DNA from: Obrimoposthia wandeli
Lineage: Eukaryota
Direction of reading: 5' to 3'
NCBI GenBank assembly: GCA_977020255.1
Contig: CDROCS010002834.1
Location: forward strand, 372,001-436,000
Length of the DNA: 64,000 nt
A model generated the notes under the pieces. The model was not told the DNA's origin. It saw nothing but the letters and a program-made list of their open reading frames with translations, and made no database searches. Of the stretch, positions 19,482 to 30,292 are shown in pieces. Each line of letters opens with the position of its first letter. Position 1 is the stretch's first letter. A program made the position numbers and the translations under genes.

Positions 19482-20495
19482 CTATACCAACGCCGTTAAT
19501 TGCGGGAATTCATTTCGAATATTTATGCACTGCATCGCTTGTGATGAAGCACCTTTTAATAGGTTATCAATCGCAGATGTTAAAACAATGTGCTGACCTT
19601 GTACTTTCCAACCTATATCGCAGAAACAAGTATTAACAACATTTTGAATACTTGCTGTTTGCTCGCCCAGTAAACGTACTGCATGAGCATCGTCTGACGC
19701 TTGATATGCAGCAGCCATAGAATAAGCAACTTGCTGCGCATTAACGCCGTCTGCTAATTTCGCGGTAATCGTTGCAAGAATACCGCGCTTAAAGTTGCCA
19801 AGGTGCGGGATAAAAATAACGTCACAATCAAGATGATTGGCGATTTCAGGTTGATGTCGGTGAGTAAATACCCCGTAAGCTTGTAGGCTCACTTCGCAAT
19901 AACTATTCACCATTGAGGCTTTACGACCAGCCCCAGAAGCACCACTCACAGCATTAATGACAGGCCATTGATTTTTATCGATAAGCCCAGCTTCAAGCAA
20001 TGGCTTCAATGCCAACTGTGACGCTGTAGGGTAACAACCCGGAACCGCAATTAACTGCGCGTGTTTTACGGCTTCGCTATTCCACTCTGCAAGTCCGTAT
20101 ACTGCTTGCTCTAGCCACTGAGTATGCTGATGCTCAAAACCATAGTATTTGTTATAAAAATCATCATCTTTAACCCTGAACGCCCCAGACAAGTCAAACA
20201 CCTGACACCCTGCAGCAAGAAAAATAGGGGCTAGGTTATGGCTAACTTCATGCGCTGTCGCAAGCAGAACAATGTCAGCCTGTTTGGCAATATTTTCTGG
20301 GCTCGTTAACGGCTGTAAAGGTAGGTCAATAATGCCTTTTAATTGACCATGTAAGTCACTAATAGGTTTATTCGCATCTAGGCTATTGGCCGAAACATAT
20401 AAACCAGCAAGTTCAAGATGTGGATGTACGTGCACCATTTTTGCTAATTCGGCACCGGTGTAGCCGCTAGCGCCTACAATAAGGGTGTTCAACAT
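19482..20495 (-). CDS. argC: N-acetyl-gamma-glutamyl-phosphate reductase
   Basis: [35 protein letters not shown]. Confidence 0.98.
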   Translation of the reverse strand: MLNTLIVGASGYTGAELAKMVHVHPHLELAGLYVSANSLDANKPISDLHGQLKGIIDLPLQPLTSPENIAKQADIVLLATAHEVSHNLAPIFLAAGCQVFDLSGAFRVKDDDFYNKYYGFEHQHTQWLEQAVYGLAEWNSEAVKHAQLIAVPGCYPTASQLALKPLLEAGLIDKNQWPVINAVSGASGAGRKASMVNSYCEVSLQAYGVFTHRHQPEIANHLDCDVIFIPHLGNFKRGILATITAKLADGVNAQQVAYSMAAAYQASDDAHAVRLLGEQTASIQNVVNTCFCDIGWKVQGQHIVLTSAIDNLLKGASSQAMQCINIRNEFPQLTALV

Positions 20496-20601
20496 AATAA
20501 TTTCCGTTTATTTTGCTTTGATTGTTAAAGCGTTAGGTTTGAAACAGCGCTGCTGAAGCAGCTAATGATGAGGTGCACGCGAGGCACCAAGCGATTAAGA
20601 C

Positions 20602-20649
20602 TTAGCGTCGTCGGAGGGAATCTTGATTGTTAATCATCGCTTGGTTCAT
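20602..20649 (-). CDS. Putative arginine-sensing leader peptide MNQAMINNQDSLRRR
   Basis: AGGA 9 nt before ATG; ends CGA CGA CGC TAA; 106 nt upstream of argC; flanked by a 10-bp perfect inverted repeat. Confidence 0.55.
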   Translation of the reverse strand: MNQAMINNQDSLRRR

Positions 20650-20716
20650 GTTAATTTTTCCTACGTCTTGTTCAAAAATCCGTTTGCTATCCATGCAAAT
20701 CGATACGAACGCGAAG

Positions 20717-20755
20717 AATAGATTTTTATTCACGCCTTCTGAATTAATATGTTTA
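20717..20755. promoter_or_regulatory. Tandem ARG boxes (ArgR operator)
   Basis: 14-nt cores TAGATTTTTATTCA (20719-32) and TGAATTAATATGTT (20740-53) lie 7 nt apart, i.e. two 18-bp boxes spaced 3 bp, the canonical ArgR geometry. Confidence 0.75.
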
Positions 20756-20778
20756 CCGATTAATCTATTCGCTGTCAA
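20750..20778 (-). promoter_or_regulatory. Putative sigma70 promoter of argCBGH
   Basis: TTGACA-17 nt-TAAACA; the -10 is weak and overlaps ARG box 1. Confidence 0.5.
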
Positions 20779-20860
20779 CAGCGGAAGCAGAAAAAATGCC
20801 ATTTCTCCTCAATATCCGCTTATATGAAGTATCATTTATCCTTATTCCACCAGATTCATT

Positions 20861-20950
20861 GGTAAAACTGGCGAAAGCACAAATCTACGCACCCTCATGA
20901 CCCTTCAATCTATCCCCTATTAGGTTTGATCTATTTCGCTGAGTTTTACC
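20861..20950. repeat. 90-bp imperfect inverted-repeat element
   Basis: Terminal GGTAAAACT/AGTTTTACC, inner GCGAAA/TTTCGC and CAAATCTA/TAGGTTTG arms. Confidence 0.6.
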
Positions 20951-21240
20951 TTCTTTAATAAGGTTGCTAAGGCATAATTCCTGACGGTGCTATGATGACA
21001 AAGCAAACCATCACTGCTTCATTTTTCAACCAAACAAGTAAAAGCACACAAAAAATGTGCTTAGTGACTCATTTTTACGAAATAAACTTTCAAGGTTGGA
21101 ACAAGTACATGACCAAAATCAAATCTAGCTCGATTTATCTCCGATAAATGCAATCGATGTTGACCTGAAAGTGGGATCGCGGATAGATTGTTTAGTAGAT
21201 GGATGAATTTGATGTAACTAAATTACGAGATGGATCCGAT

Positions 21241-23871
21241 ATGAATGAAAAGTACAGTGCATTAAGAAGTAACGTAAGTATGCTCGGCCACATGCTGGGA
21301 AATACTATTAAAGATGCGCATGGTGAGCCTCTATTTGATAAAGTAGAAACCATACGTAAGCTGTCTAAATCTGCTCGTGCAGGAAATGATAGCGATCGCG
21401 CTAAGTTAATCGACGAATTGCAAAATCTTCCAGACGATCAACTTCTTCCTGTCGCTCGCGCCTTTAGTCAATTTTTGAATTTGACCAACATTGCCGAACA
21501 ATACCATACTATTTCTCGCCACAGCGAAGAGCACGTTTGCAGCCCTGATTCTATCGACTCTTTATTTGGTAAACTGAATGACAAGAGTATCAGCCAGTTT
21601 GATTCCATTCAGGCGGTACGCGATTTAAATATCGAGCTGGTGCTAACAGCACACCCAACAGAAATTGCTCGTCGTACCATGATCCACAAATTGGTACAGA
21701 TTAATAAATGCTTATCAAACCTTGAATTGAGTGAATTATCTCACAGTGAACGCCAGCGCGTTGAACAACGCTTAGAGCAACTGATCGCACAAGCATGGCA
21801 TTCCGATGTTATCCGTAAGCAACGCCCGACTCCGCTTGATGAAGCCAAATGGGGATTTGCCGTTGTTGAAAATTCCCTCTGGCATGCGGTGCCTGAATTT
21901 TTACGTCAGTTTGATGAAAAACTCGTACAACACCTTGGTGAAAAACTGCCACTCGATGCATCTCCCGTAAAATTCACCTCTTGGATGGGCGGTGACCGAG
22001 ACGGTAACCCGTTTGTCACCTCTGAGGTAACACGTGAAGTTATGCTACTTTCTCGCTGGAAAGCAGCTGATTTATTCTTGGGCGATATTCAAGAATTAGT
22101 TAGTGAACTGTCAATGGTTAAATGTAATGACCAAGTTCGCGAACTCGCCGGTAAAGAGCACGAACCTTACCGCGCTATTTTAAAAGACTTACGCACCAAA
22201 CTAACCAATACCCGTGATGTATTGGCAGCCAAGATGAATCAACAAGATGCGCCAAACCTCGACATTATTGATGATGTTGATCAACTCTGGACACCGTTGC
22301 ACGCTTGTTACCAATCACTGCGTGAATGTGGCATGGGCATTATTGCAGATGGCCTATTGCTTGATGTTCTTCGCCGCATTAAATGTTTCGGTATCCATCT
22401 TGTTCGTCTTGATATTCGCCAAGAAAGTACTCGTCACTCCGATGTTATTTCTGAACTTACCCGCTACCTGGGGCTCGGTGATTACGATCAATGGAATGAA
22501 CAAGATAAAGTTGCGTTCTTAGTACGTGAGTTATCGTCTAAGCGCCCTCTATTACCGCGAGATTGGCAACCATCGGCAGAAGTACAAGAAGTACTCGATA
22601 CTTGTAAAGCCGTTGCAGAGCAATCTCGTGAAGCATTAGGCGCCTATGTTATCTCGATGGCACGCACGGCATCAGATGTGCTTGCTGTTCACCTCTTGCT
22701 GAAAGAAGCAGGCTGCCCATTCCGTATGGATGTGTGCCCACTGTTTGAAACACTCGATGATTTAAATAACGGTGCAGCCGTTATTAAACAATTAATGAGT
22801 ATTGATTGGTATCGCGGTTTCATTCAAAACTACCAAATGGTGATGATTGGCTATTCTGACTCAGCAAAAGATGCCGGTGTAATGGCAGCAGGCTGGGCAC
22901 AATACCGTGCAATGGAAGAGTTAGTCGAAGTCTGTGAAGATGCCAGTGTCGAACTAACACTGTTCCACGGTCGTGGTGGTTCTATTGGTCGTGGTGGTGC
23001 GCCAGCCCATGCTGCACTACTCTCGCAACCTCCTCGTAGCTTAAAGGGTGGCCTACGCGTAACAGAGCAAGGTGAAATGATCCGTTTCAAGCTTGGTTTA
23101 CCTGACGTAGCCGTAAATAGCTTGTGCCTATATACGAGCGCAATTCTAGAAGCGAACCTATTACCGCCACCAGCACCGAAAAAAGAATGGTGCGATTTGA
23201 TGGATGTGCTGTCAGAGGTATCGTGTGAATCATATCGTAACGTGGTTCGTGGTAGCGAAGAGTTCGTTCCTTACTTTCGCGCGGCAACACCAGAACTTGA
23301 ATTAGGTAAATTACCGCTGGGATCTCGTCCTGCAAAACGTAACCCTAACGGTGGTGTTGAAAGCTTACGTGCGATTCCATGGATTTTTGCATGGTCGCAA
23401 AACCGTCTGTTATTGCCTGCATGGTTAGGCGCCGGTGAAGCCATTCAATATTCTATCGACAAAGGGCACGCGCAGTTATTAGAAGACATGTGTCGTGAGT
23501 GGCCATTCTTCTCTACACGTTTAGGTATGCTAGAAATGGTCTACACCAAAACGAATGTGGGTATCGCTGAATATTATGACCAACGCTTAACAGATAAGTC
23601 GTTATGGCCATTAGGGCAAAAACTACGCAACCAGTTACAGCAAGATATTAAAACCGTTTTAAACGTAGAAAATAATGCACACCTCATGGAGCAAAACCCT
23701 TGGGGTGCTGAAGCTATCCGTTTACGTAATATTTATGTTGAGCCACTCAATATGCTGCAAGCAGAATTGTTGTATCGAACTCGTCAGCAAGACGAACCAT
23801 CGCCAATTTTAGAAGAAGCGCTTATGGTCAGTATTGCCGGTATCGCAACAGGTATGCGTAACACGGGTTAA
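21241..23871 (+). CDS. ppc: Phosphoenolpyruvate carboxylase
   Basis: [56 protein letters not shown]; start [12 protein letters not shown] preferred over 21199. Confidence 0.98.
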   Translation: MNEKYSALRSNVSMLGHMLGNTIKDAHGEPLFDKVETIRKLSKSARAGNDSDRAKLIDELQNLPDDQLLPVARAFSQFLNLTNIAEQYHTISRHSEEHVCSPDSIDSLFGKLNDKSISQFDSIQAVRDLNIELVLTAHPTEIARRTMIHKLVQINKCLSNLELSELSHSERQRVEQRLEQLIAQAWHSDVIRKQRPTPLDEAKWGFAVVENSLWHAVPEFLRQFDEKLVQHLGEKLPLDASPVKFTSWMGGDRDGNPFVTSEVTREVMLLSRWKAADLFLGDIQELVSELSMVKCNDQVRELAGKEHEPYRAILKDLRTKLTNTRDVLAAKMNQQDAPNLDIIDDVDQLWTPLHACYQSLRECGMGIIADGLLLDVLRRIKCFGIHLVRLDIRQESTRHSDVISELTRYLGLGDYDQWNEQDKVAFLVRELSSKRPLLPRDWQPSAEVQEVLDTCKAVAEQSREALGAYVISMARTASDVLAVHLLLKEAGCPFRMDVCPLFETLDDLNNGAAVIKQLMSIDWYRGFIQNYQMVMIGYSDSAKDAGVMAAGWAQYRAMEELVEVCEDASVELTLFHGRGGSIGRGGAPAHAALLSQPPRSLKGGLRVTEQGEMIRFKLGLPDVAVNSLCLYTSAILEANLLPPPAPKKEWCDLMDVLSEVSCESYRNVVRGSEEFVPYFRAATPELELGKLPLGSRPAKRNPNGGVESLRAIPWIFAWSQNRLLLPAWLGAGEAIQYSIDKGHAQLLEDMCREWPFFSTRLGMLEMVYTKTNVGIAEYYDQRLTDKSLWPLGQKLRNQLQQDIKTVLNVENNAHLMEQNPWGAEAIRLRNIYVEPLNMLQAELLYRTRQQDEPSPILEEALMVSIAGIATGMRNTG

Positions 23872-23899
23872 GTTCTATAAATACTATTTACACCCTCTT

Positions 23900-23926
23900 A
23901 AAGGTCGCTATTGCGGCCTTTATTTT
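23900..23926 (+). terminator. ppc terminator
   Basis: AAAGGTCGC-TATT-GCGGCCTTT-ATTTT. Confidence 0.75.
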
Positions 23927-24288
23927 ATGTTGCTCACTGCTTTATTCTGCCCTGCACATTCAACCCTCTCCCAGTCTCAATAATGAGACGTTCAATTCAC
24001 TACCCATTGCGCTAGAGTGAAATAATCAATATGAAATGGATTGTTTAAAACTTAAATGCAGTGCCGTAAATAAATCACGTATTAGAACCTAGGTCACAAG
24101 ATGTGTAATTTATTGCATTGATGAATAATAAATTTAGTCAGCTAGGTATCGATATTGAGTATATTAATGATACTCTGTGCGATCTCAGTCAAGCAGTGCA
24201 ACAAGACGATTATAAAACGCCAAAGAGCGAAGGGTAACGTCCGTTTGATTGTTTTTTTTATTTTGTCGTATTTTATCGGATAGAAGAG

Positions 24289-24855
24289 ATGTCACTACCT
24301 CACGTAATATTAACAGTGCTATGTAGCAGAGATGCTACTGGTTACGATATAACAAAAGAATTCTCACACAGTATTGGTTACTTTTGGAAAGCGAGCCACC
24401 AGCAGGTGTACCGTGAACTAAATAAAATGGCCGGCAACGACCAAGTAACTTGTCAACTAGAGCCCCAAAACGGTAAACCAGATCGCAAGGTCTATTCAAT
24501 TACTGAACTAGGACGTCAGGCATTACTTGAGTGGTTCCAAGAACCAGCTCGTAATCCAACGATTCGTGATGAGTTCTCAGCGAAACTGCTTGTTTGTGGT
24601 ATTCATAATTCTGAACCCATGCAACAGCAACTTGAAGCGCTAATCGAAGAGTCTCATACTTTAATGGGTCACTACGCTGAGCTTGAGAAAATCCACTTTG
24701 CTAATCACAAAGAAATGGACCGTCAAGCGCGCTTAGATCGTCTAACGCTTCGTCGTGGTGTACATAACCGCCAAGCTTGGATTTACTGGGCTGAAGAAGT
24801 ATTAGCAGAATTGAAAGACATGGATAGCGCTGACAGCAATGTTCAAATCAATTAA
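24289..24855 (+). CDS. aphA: PadR-family low-cell-density quorum-sensing regulator AphA
   Basis: MSLPHVILTVL.TRDATGYDITKEF..SIGYFWKASHQQVYRELNKM as recalled for Vibrio AphA; next to ppc as in Vibrio. Confidence 0.95.
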   Translation: MSLPHVILTVLCSRDATGYDITKEFSHSIGYFWKASHQQVYRELNKMAGNDQVTCQLEPQNGKPDRKVYSITELGRQALLEWFQEPARNPTIRDEFSAKLLVCGIHNSEPMQQQLEALIEESHTLMGHYAELEKIHFANHKEMDRQARLDRLTLRRGVHNRQAWIYWAEEVLAELKDMDSADSNVQIN

Positions 24856-24883
24856 TATTCTTTACTGAGTAGTTATTGATAAT

Positions 24884-24911
24884 AAAAAAGCCGCTATCAG
24901 CGGCTTTTTTT
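24884..24911. terminator. Bidirectional terminator, aphA/metF
   Basis: AAAAAAGCCGCT-ATC-AGCGGCTTTTTT. Confidence 0.9.
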
Positions 24912-24943
24912 AATTCTATACAATGCATTTTGGGAGGCATGGT

Positions 24944-25925
<982 letters not shown>

Positions 25926-25967
25926 ACAGGATGTAGTGTAACCAATTTAATGTCAACAAAGTGATCA

Positions 25968-26002
25968 TGAATTTTTTTCAAGTTCATATTGCATAAACTT
26001 CA
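25968..26002. promoter_or_regulatory. Two MetR sites upstream of metF
   Basis: TGAA-TTTTT-TTCA (25968-80) and TGCA-TAAAC-TTCA (25990-26002) vs consensus TGAA-N5-TTCA. Confidence 0.8.
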
Positions 26003-26028
26003 ACATAGCGAATATACGCCAGATAAGC

Positions 26029-26051
26029 AAAAACCCGCATATAGCGGGTTT
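26029..26051 (-). terminator. metBL terminator
   Basis: AAAAACCCGC-ATATA-GCGGGTTT. Confidence 0.8.
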
Positions 26052-26131
26052 CTAATATCACTCAGTGATTACGACCAATTCTATACCCTATGGTAAACAC
26101 TCATGCTGTTAAGGTAAGTATTCATCCTATT

Positions 26132-28549
26132 TTAGAGAAGAGCAGCAAGACGATTAATATCAGACAATAAGGCACCAGCAGTCACATCTCGCCCCGCACC
26201 CGGCCCACGAATAACCAGCGGGTTATCACGATACCAACGACTTTCAATTGCAAAAATATTATCGCAAGGTAATAAATTGGCTAATGCATGCTCTTGAGGC
26301 AGTGCTTCTACGCCCACATTGGCTTTACCATTTTTATCTAAGCGAGCAACATAGCGCAGTACTTTATCTTCTTGCTGTGCTTTTGTTAAACGCTCAAATA
26401 ACAGCTCATCCAGTTTTTCTGCCTGCTCAAAAAAGCCATCGAGGCTCAATGCTGCTAAATCTGCAGGTACTAAGGATTCGACTCTCACCTGCTCAGGTTC
26501 AATCTCTAAGCCCGATTCACGCGCCAATATGACTAGCTTTCGCATTACATCGCTACCATCAAGATCATGGCGAGGATCGGGCTCTGTTAAGCCTTGCTGC
26601 CAAGCTTGCTCAATTAATTGAGAAAAAGGTAATGCGCCATCATACTGCTGGAATAGCCACGATAACGTACCCGAAAAGATACCTGAAACCGCGATAATGT
26701 CATCGCCACTCTCACGCAAATCACGCACGGTATGGTTAACGGGTAAACCAGCCCCTACCGTTGCGTTATATAACCAATGACGACTGGTTTTAGCAAAAGC
26801 ATCTTGAACGGCATGATAATCTTTACTCGAGGCTGATCCTGCGACTTTATTTGCAGAAATCAAATGCAGCCCACTTTCCGCAATGCTGGGATATTTTGCT
26901 GCAAGTTGAGCACTGGCTGTCACATCTAAGACGACGACATCATCATAATCGCTCGAGGCTAATGCTGGAAATAACGCCCCATCAGCATAACTAATGGCTT
27001 CATCATCAAAGCTATTGAGAGCGCGCTTAGGATCAATACCGTTAAAGTCAATCCAATGGCGGCTGCTATCAACAACCCCAACCAAGGTGAAGCTCATACC
27101 ATGGCGTTTTTCTAGCGATTCTTTTTCTCGATCAAATAATTCGAGCCAGCGGCTACCGATATTGCCTTTACCGCATAAAACAATACCTACCCGTTTCTGG
27201 GCTTGAAATAAGCTCTGGTGAATACGGGCAATCAAACCTTCGGTATCGACTTTACGCAATACGGCGATCAAACTTAATCCTGACTCCGCTTCAGTCATGA
27301 ACTCAACCGGCAGCCCTTTTAGCTGCTGATAAAAACCATGGCAATGCACAGGATTATTGACGACACCCGCACCGACTGCCGCAACCATCGAGAAGCCTTC
27401 CCGCAGACGTAGCTCTGCCGCGACACCGCTGTTTTGTAATAACTCTAATACGCAATTCACCATTTCACTGGTATAAGCCAATAAAACACGACCTAACTCG
27501 ACTTCTGCACTCTGCGCTAATGGCAATAACTGAGCCCGTTGCAAGGTGCGTGCTATTTCAGCTTTTATTGCATCAAAATCATGGGAACGCGGTACATCTA
27601 ATTCAATCAAACAGACTTCATCTAATGACGTGACAATTTTCGCTCCACGCCCAGATGCCAACACTCGCTCGACACGCGTCGAACCTGACTCTGGTTGATG
27701 GCTGCACCGCAAAGTGAGATCAATCATACTTTGTGCAACAGGTTGAAGTGTTCGACTGTGTAACACTGGCGCAGCAAGACGGGCTAATTCGTCAGCTTCA
27801 TCTAAGCGTAATAGAGGTAATAAACATGCGTCAGTGACTTTACGAGGATCGGCACTGTAAACCCCCGCCACATCACTCCAAATCGTGACGCGAGAAACGT
27901 CAGCTAATGCGCCAATAACCGTTGCCGAATAATCCGATCCATTTCGCCCCAGAAGTACCGTTTCTGACGCTTGGTTACGCGCCATAAAACCAGTAATCAC
28001 AATACGGCACTTATTATGTTGAACCAGTTGTTGTTGTAATAACGGCCTTGAAAGTGTGCGATCCACTTCTGGCTGTACTGCGCGTTCGGCACGTAAAAAG
28101 TCGCGGGAATCAACACTGACCGCTAACATATCATTGCGATTAAGCAATGCCGCTAACAGTCGCGCCGACCATAGTTCACCGTGGCCAAGAATAGAAGAAC
28201 GCACAGCCTCTGTGATTTCTAACCCGCTTAGCTTTGCCAGTTCACTTAATTCACTATGTAACTGACTCAGTAATTGATCAGCTTGCTCACCATTTACTAA
28301 CGCTTCAATTAAGTGTTGTTGAAACTGGCGCAACTCTTGTAATGTTTCATGCGCTTGACGCCCATCTTTATTAAGACGCTCTACCCATTCAATTAAGCAA
28401 TTAGTGGTTTTACCTGCGGCAGACACCACAATGAGATCATTTGGGTGGGAATATTCTCGCAGAATACCCACAACACGGCGGTAGCACTCTGGATCTGCCA
28501 GACTACTGCCACCAAATTTATGCAATTGACGTTTCACTGTTTGAGCCAT
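26132..28549 (-). CDS. metL: Bifunctional aspartokinase II / homoserine dehydrogenase II
   Basis: LHKFGGSSLAD, LGRNGSDYSAT, GKGNIG, GPGAGRDVTAG. Confidence 0.97.
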   Translation of the reverse strand: MAQTVKRQLHKFGGSSLADPECYRRVVGILREYSHPNDLIVVSAAGKTTNCLIEWVERLNKDGRQAHETLQELRQFQQHLIEALVNGEQADQLLSQLHSELSELAKLSGLEITEAVRSSILGHGELWSARLLAALLNRNDMLAVSVDSRDFLRAERAVQPEVDRTLSRPLLQQQLVQHNKCRIVITGFMARNQASETVLLGRNGSDYSATVIGALADVSRVTIWSDVAGVYSADPRKVTDACLLPLLRLDEADELARLAAPVLHSRTLQPVAQSMIDLTLRCSHQPESGSTRVERVLASGRGAKIVTSLDEVCLIELDVPRSHDFDAIKAEIARTLQRAQLLPLAQSAEVELGRVLLAYTSEMVNCVLELLQNSGVAAELRLREGFSMVAAVGAGVVNNPVHCHGFYQQLKGLPVEFMTEAESGLSLIAVLRKVDTEGLIARIHQSLFQAQKRVGIVLCGKGNIGSRWLELFDREKESLEKRHGMSFTLVGVVDSSRHWIDFNGIDPKRALNSFDDEAISYADGALFPALASSDYDDVVVLDVTASAQLAAKYPSIAESGLHLISANKVAGSASSKDYHAVQDAFAKTSRHWLYNATVGAGLPVNHTVRDLRESGDDIIAVSGIFSGTLSWLFQQYDGALPFSQLIEQAWQQGLTEPDPRHDLDGSDVMRKLVILARESGLEIEPEQVRVESLVPADLAALSLDGFFEQAEKLDELLFERLTKAQQEDKVLRYVARLDKNGKANVGVEALPQEHALANLLPCDNIFAIESRWYRDNPLVIRGPGAGRDVTAGALLSDINRLAALL

Positions 28550-29715
28550 TACACCGCCTCCGCAGCCAGAATAAATGCTTGTTCAAGATCGGCGATTAAA
28601 TCTTGAGGATCTTCCAAACCAACAGAAAGACGTAATAGTGATGTCTTAATACCAGCTTCTGCTTGTGCTTCATCAGACATCGCACGGTGTGTCATGCTTG
28701 ATGGATGCGCTATTAAGCTTTCGGTTCCACCTAACGATTCCGCCAATGAGAATAACGTTAACGCTTCAACAAAGACTTCAAGTTGGCGGTAGGTGCCCGC
28801 GAGCTCAAAACTAAGCATAGAACCAAACCCTTTTTGCTGACGCGCTGCAATGTCATGGCCAGGGTGCTCAGGCAAACTAGGGTGATAAATTTGACCAACC
28901 AGTGCATTTGTTTGCAGGTACTTAAGGATCTCGGCACCATTTTCTTCATGCATCCGCATTCTTGCACCTAAGGTACGTAAACCACGTAACGTTAGATAAG
29001 CATCAAACGGTGCACCCGTTGCACCAATACAGTTTGCCCACCAAGCAATATTCTCTGCTTGTTCTGCATCTTTCGAAATTAAAACGCCACCCACAACATC
29101 CGAATGGCCATTGATATATTTCGTCGTCGAATGCACCACAAAATCAGCCCCTAATTTAATAGGCTGCTGTAAAAGCGGAGAAAGAAAGGTGTTATCAACG
29201 GCAACCTGTGCGCCAACCGCTTTAGCTTGTTGACACAATGCTTCCACATCAATCACCCGTAATAACGGGTTTGATGGGGTTTCGACCCAAATGATTTTAG
29301 GCTTTTTTGCCAGTGCTTGAGCAAGTGCAACAGGATCTGACTGATCGACAAATAAAACGTTAAAATCGCCTTTATTAGCACGCGAATTAAACAGGCGGTA
29401 GGTACCCCCATAACAATCATGCGGGGCAATGATTAAATCATCAGGGCTAAGTAATGCTGATACGAGTAAGTTAATCGCAGCGGTTCCACAACTCGTCACA
29501 ACGCCACTCGCACCACCTTCAAGATCAGATAAGGCTTCAGCTAACATATTACGCGTGGGATTGCCTGATCGAGAATAATCGTACTGCGGTAACTCACCGA
29601 GCTTGGGGAAACTATAAGTCGATGTCAAATAGATAGGGGGTACAACAGCATTGTGTTGACTGTCTGATTCGATACCTGTGCGCACAGCGATGGTGGCAAG
29701 TTGCTTGTCACTCAT
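28549..29715 (-). CDS. metB: Cystathionine gamma-synthase
   Basis: YSRSGNPTR, DNTF, HSTTKYINGHSD PLP lysine, AESLGG. Confidence 0.97.
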   Translation of the reverse strand: MSDKQLATIAVRTGIESDSQHNAVVPPIYLTSTYSFPKLGELPQYDYSRSGNPTRNMLAEALSDLEGGASGVVTSCGTAAINLLVSALLSPDDLIIAPHDCYGGTYRLFNSRANKGDFNVLFVDQSDPVALAQALAKKPKIIWVETPSNPLLRVIDVEALCQQAKAVGAQVAVDNTFLSPLLQQPIKLGADFVVHSTTKYINGHSDVVGGVLISKDAEQAENIAWWANCIGATGAPFDAYLTLRGLRTLGARMRMHEENGAEILKYLQTNALVGQIYHPSLPEHPGHDIAARQQKGFGSMLSFELAGTYRQLEVFVEALTLFSLAESLGGTESLIAHPSSMTHRAMSDEAQAEAGIKTSLLRLSVGLEDPQDLIADLEQAFILAAEAV

Positions 29716-29789
29716 TATTACCTTCCTTGTTTCAGGCTTAGCCCGTTCCTGAATAAAATAGCAGCAACAACATTACCGACATTAAACTG

Positions 29790-29821
29790 AGACGTCAACA
29801 CTTCTAGACGTCTATATGTCT
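29790..29821. promoter_or_regulatory. Four tandem Met boxes between metB and metJ
   Basis: AGACGTCA-ACACTTCT-AGACGTCT-ATATGTCT. Confidence 0.93.
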
Positions 29822-29895
29822 TTGCATGTGGCAGTAAATCCGGCTAAAATTCGGGTTATAATTATTTAGCCCTAATATCGCTGAGAAGGTAGAAC

Positions 29896-30213
29896 ATGGC
29901 AGAGTGGAATGGCGAGTACATCAGCCCATACGCGGAACATGGTAAGAAAAACGAACAAGTTAAGAAAATTACTGTTTCGATTCCATTAAAGGTTTTAAAA
30001 ATCTTGACTGATGAACGCACTCGTCGCCAGGTAAATAACCTGCGTCATGCAACAAACAGTGAATTACTGTGTGAAGCATTCCTACATGCTTATACAGGTC
30101 AGCCGTTACCAACTGATGACGATATTCGTAAAGATTGCCCAGATGCGCTTCCAGCCGAAGCGAAAGCAATCATGGATGAAATGGGTATCACCTACGAAGA
30201 CATCAACGAATAA
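29896..30213 (+). CDS. metJ: Methionine repressor MetJ
   Basis: [27 protein letters not shown]...[14 protein letters not shown]. Confidence 0.99.
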   Translation: MAEWNGEYISPYAEHGKKNEQVKKITVSIPLKVLKILTDERTRRQVNNLRHATNSELLCEAFLHAYTGQPLPTDDDIRKDCPDALPAEAKAIMDEMGITYEDINE

Positions 30214-30238
30214 CAGCTCTTTGCCGTTAGTCCGATAC

Positions 30239-30268
30239 AAAAAAACCAGCCTATTGGCTGGTTTTTTT
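30239..30268. terminator. Bidirectional terminator, metJ/maeB
   Basis: AAAAAAACCAGCC-TATT-GGCTGGTTTTTTT. Confidence 0.9.
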
Positions 30269-30292
30269 ATGCATTACTAAAGACAAGCCTAA

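Noticed and set aside
20602-20802. 66-aa ORF (MAFFLLPLL...SLRRR) as a real protein
   Set aside because: Its 5' part spans the putative promoter and ARG boxes, and GAGGAG is only 2 nt from its ATG. Only the last 15 codons have a properly spaced SD.
20627-20827. 66-aa plus-strand ORF as an argE remnant
   Set aside because: No resemblance to ArgE motifs and no RBS; it overlaps the arg promoter.
20861-20900. Resemblance to a c-di-GMP-I (GEMM) riboswitch start (GGTAAAACTGGCGAAAGC)
   Set aside because: The strand needed to close the GAAA-loop stem (GCCAGT) and the following GACGCAAA are absent.
21199-21240. N-terminal extensions in the ORF track (ppc; also oxyR, prx, reductase, glpX, tpiA, cpxP, trmL, zapB, aroK, pilO)
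   Set aside because: Downstream ATGs fit the family N-termini and, where checked, have better SD sequences.
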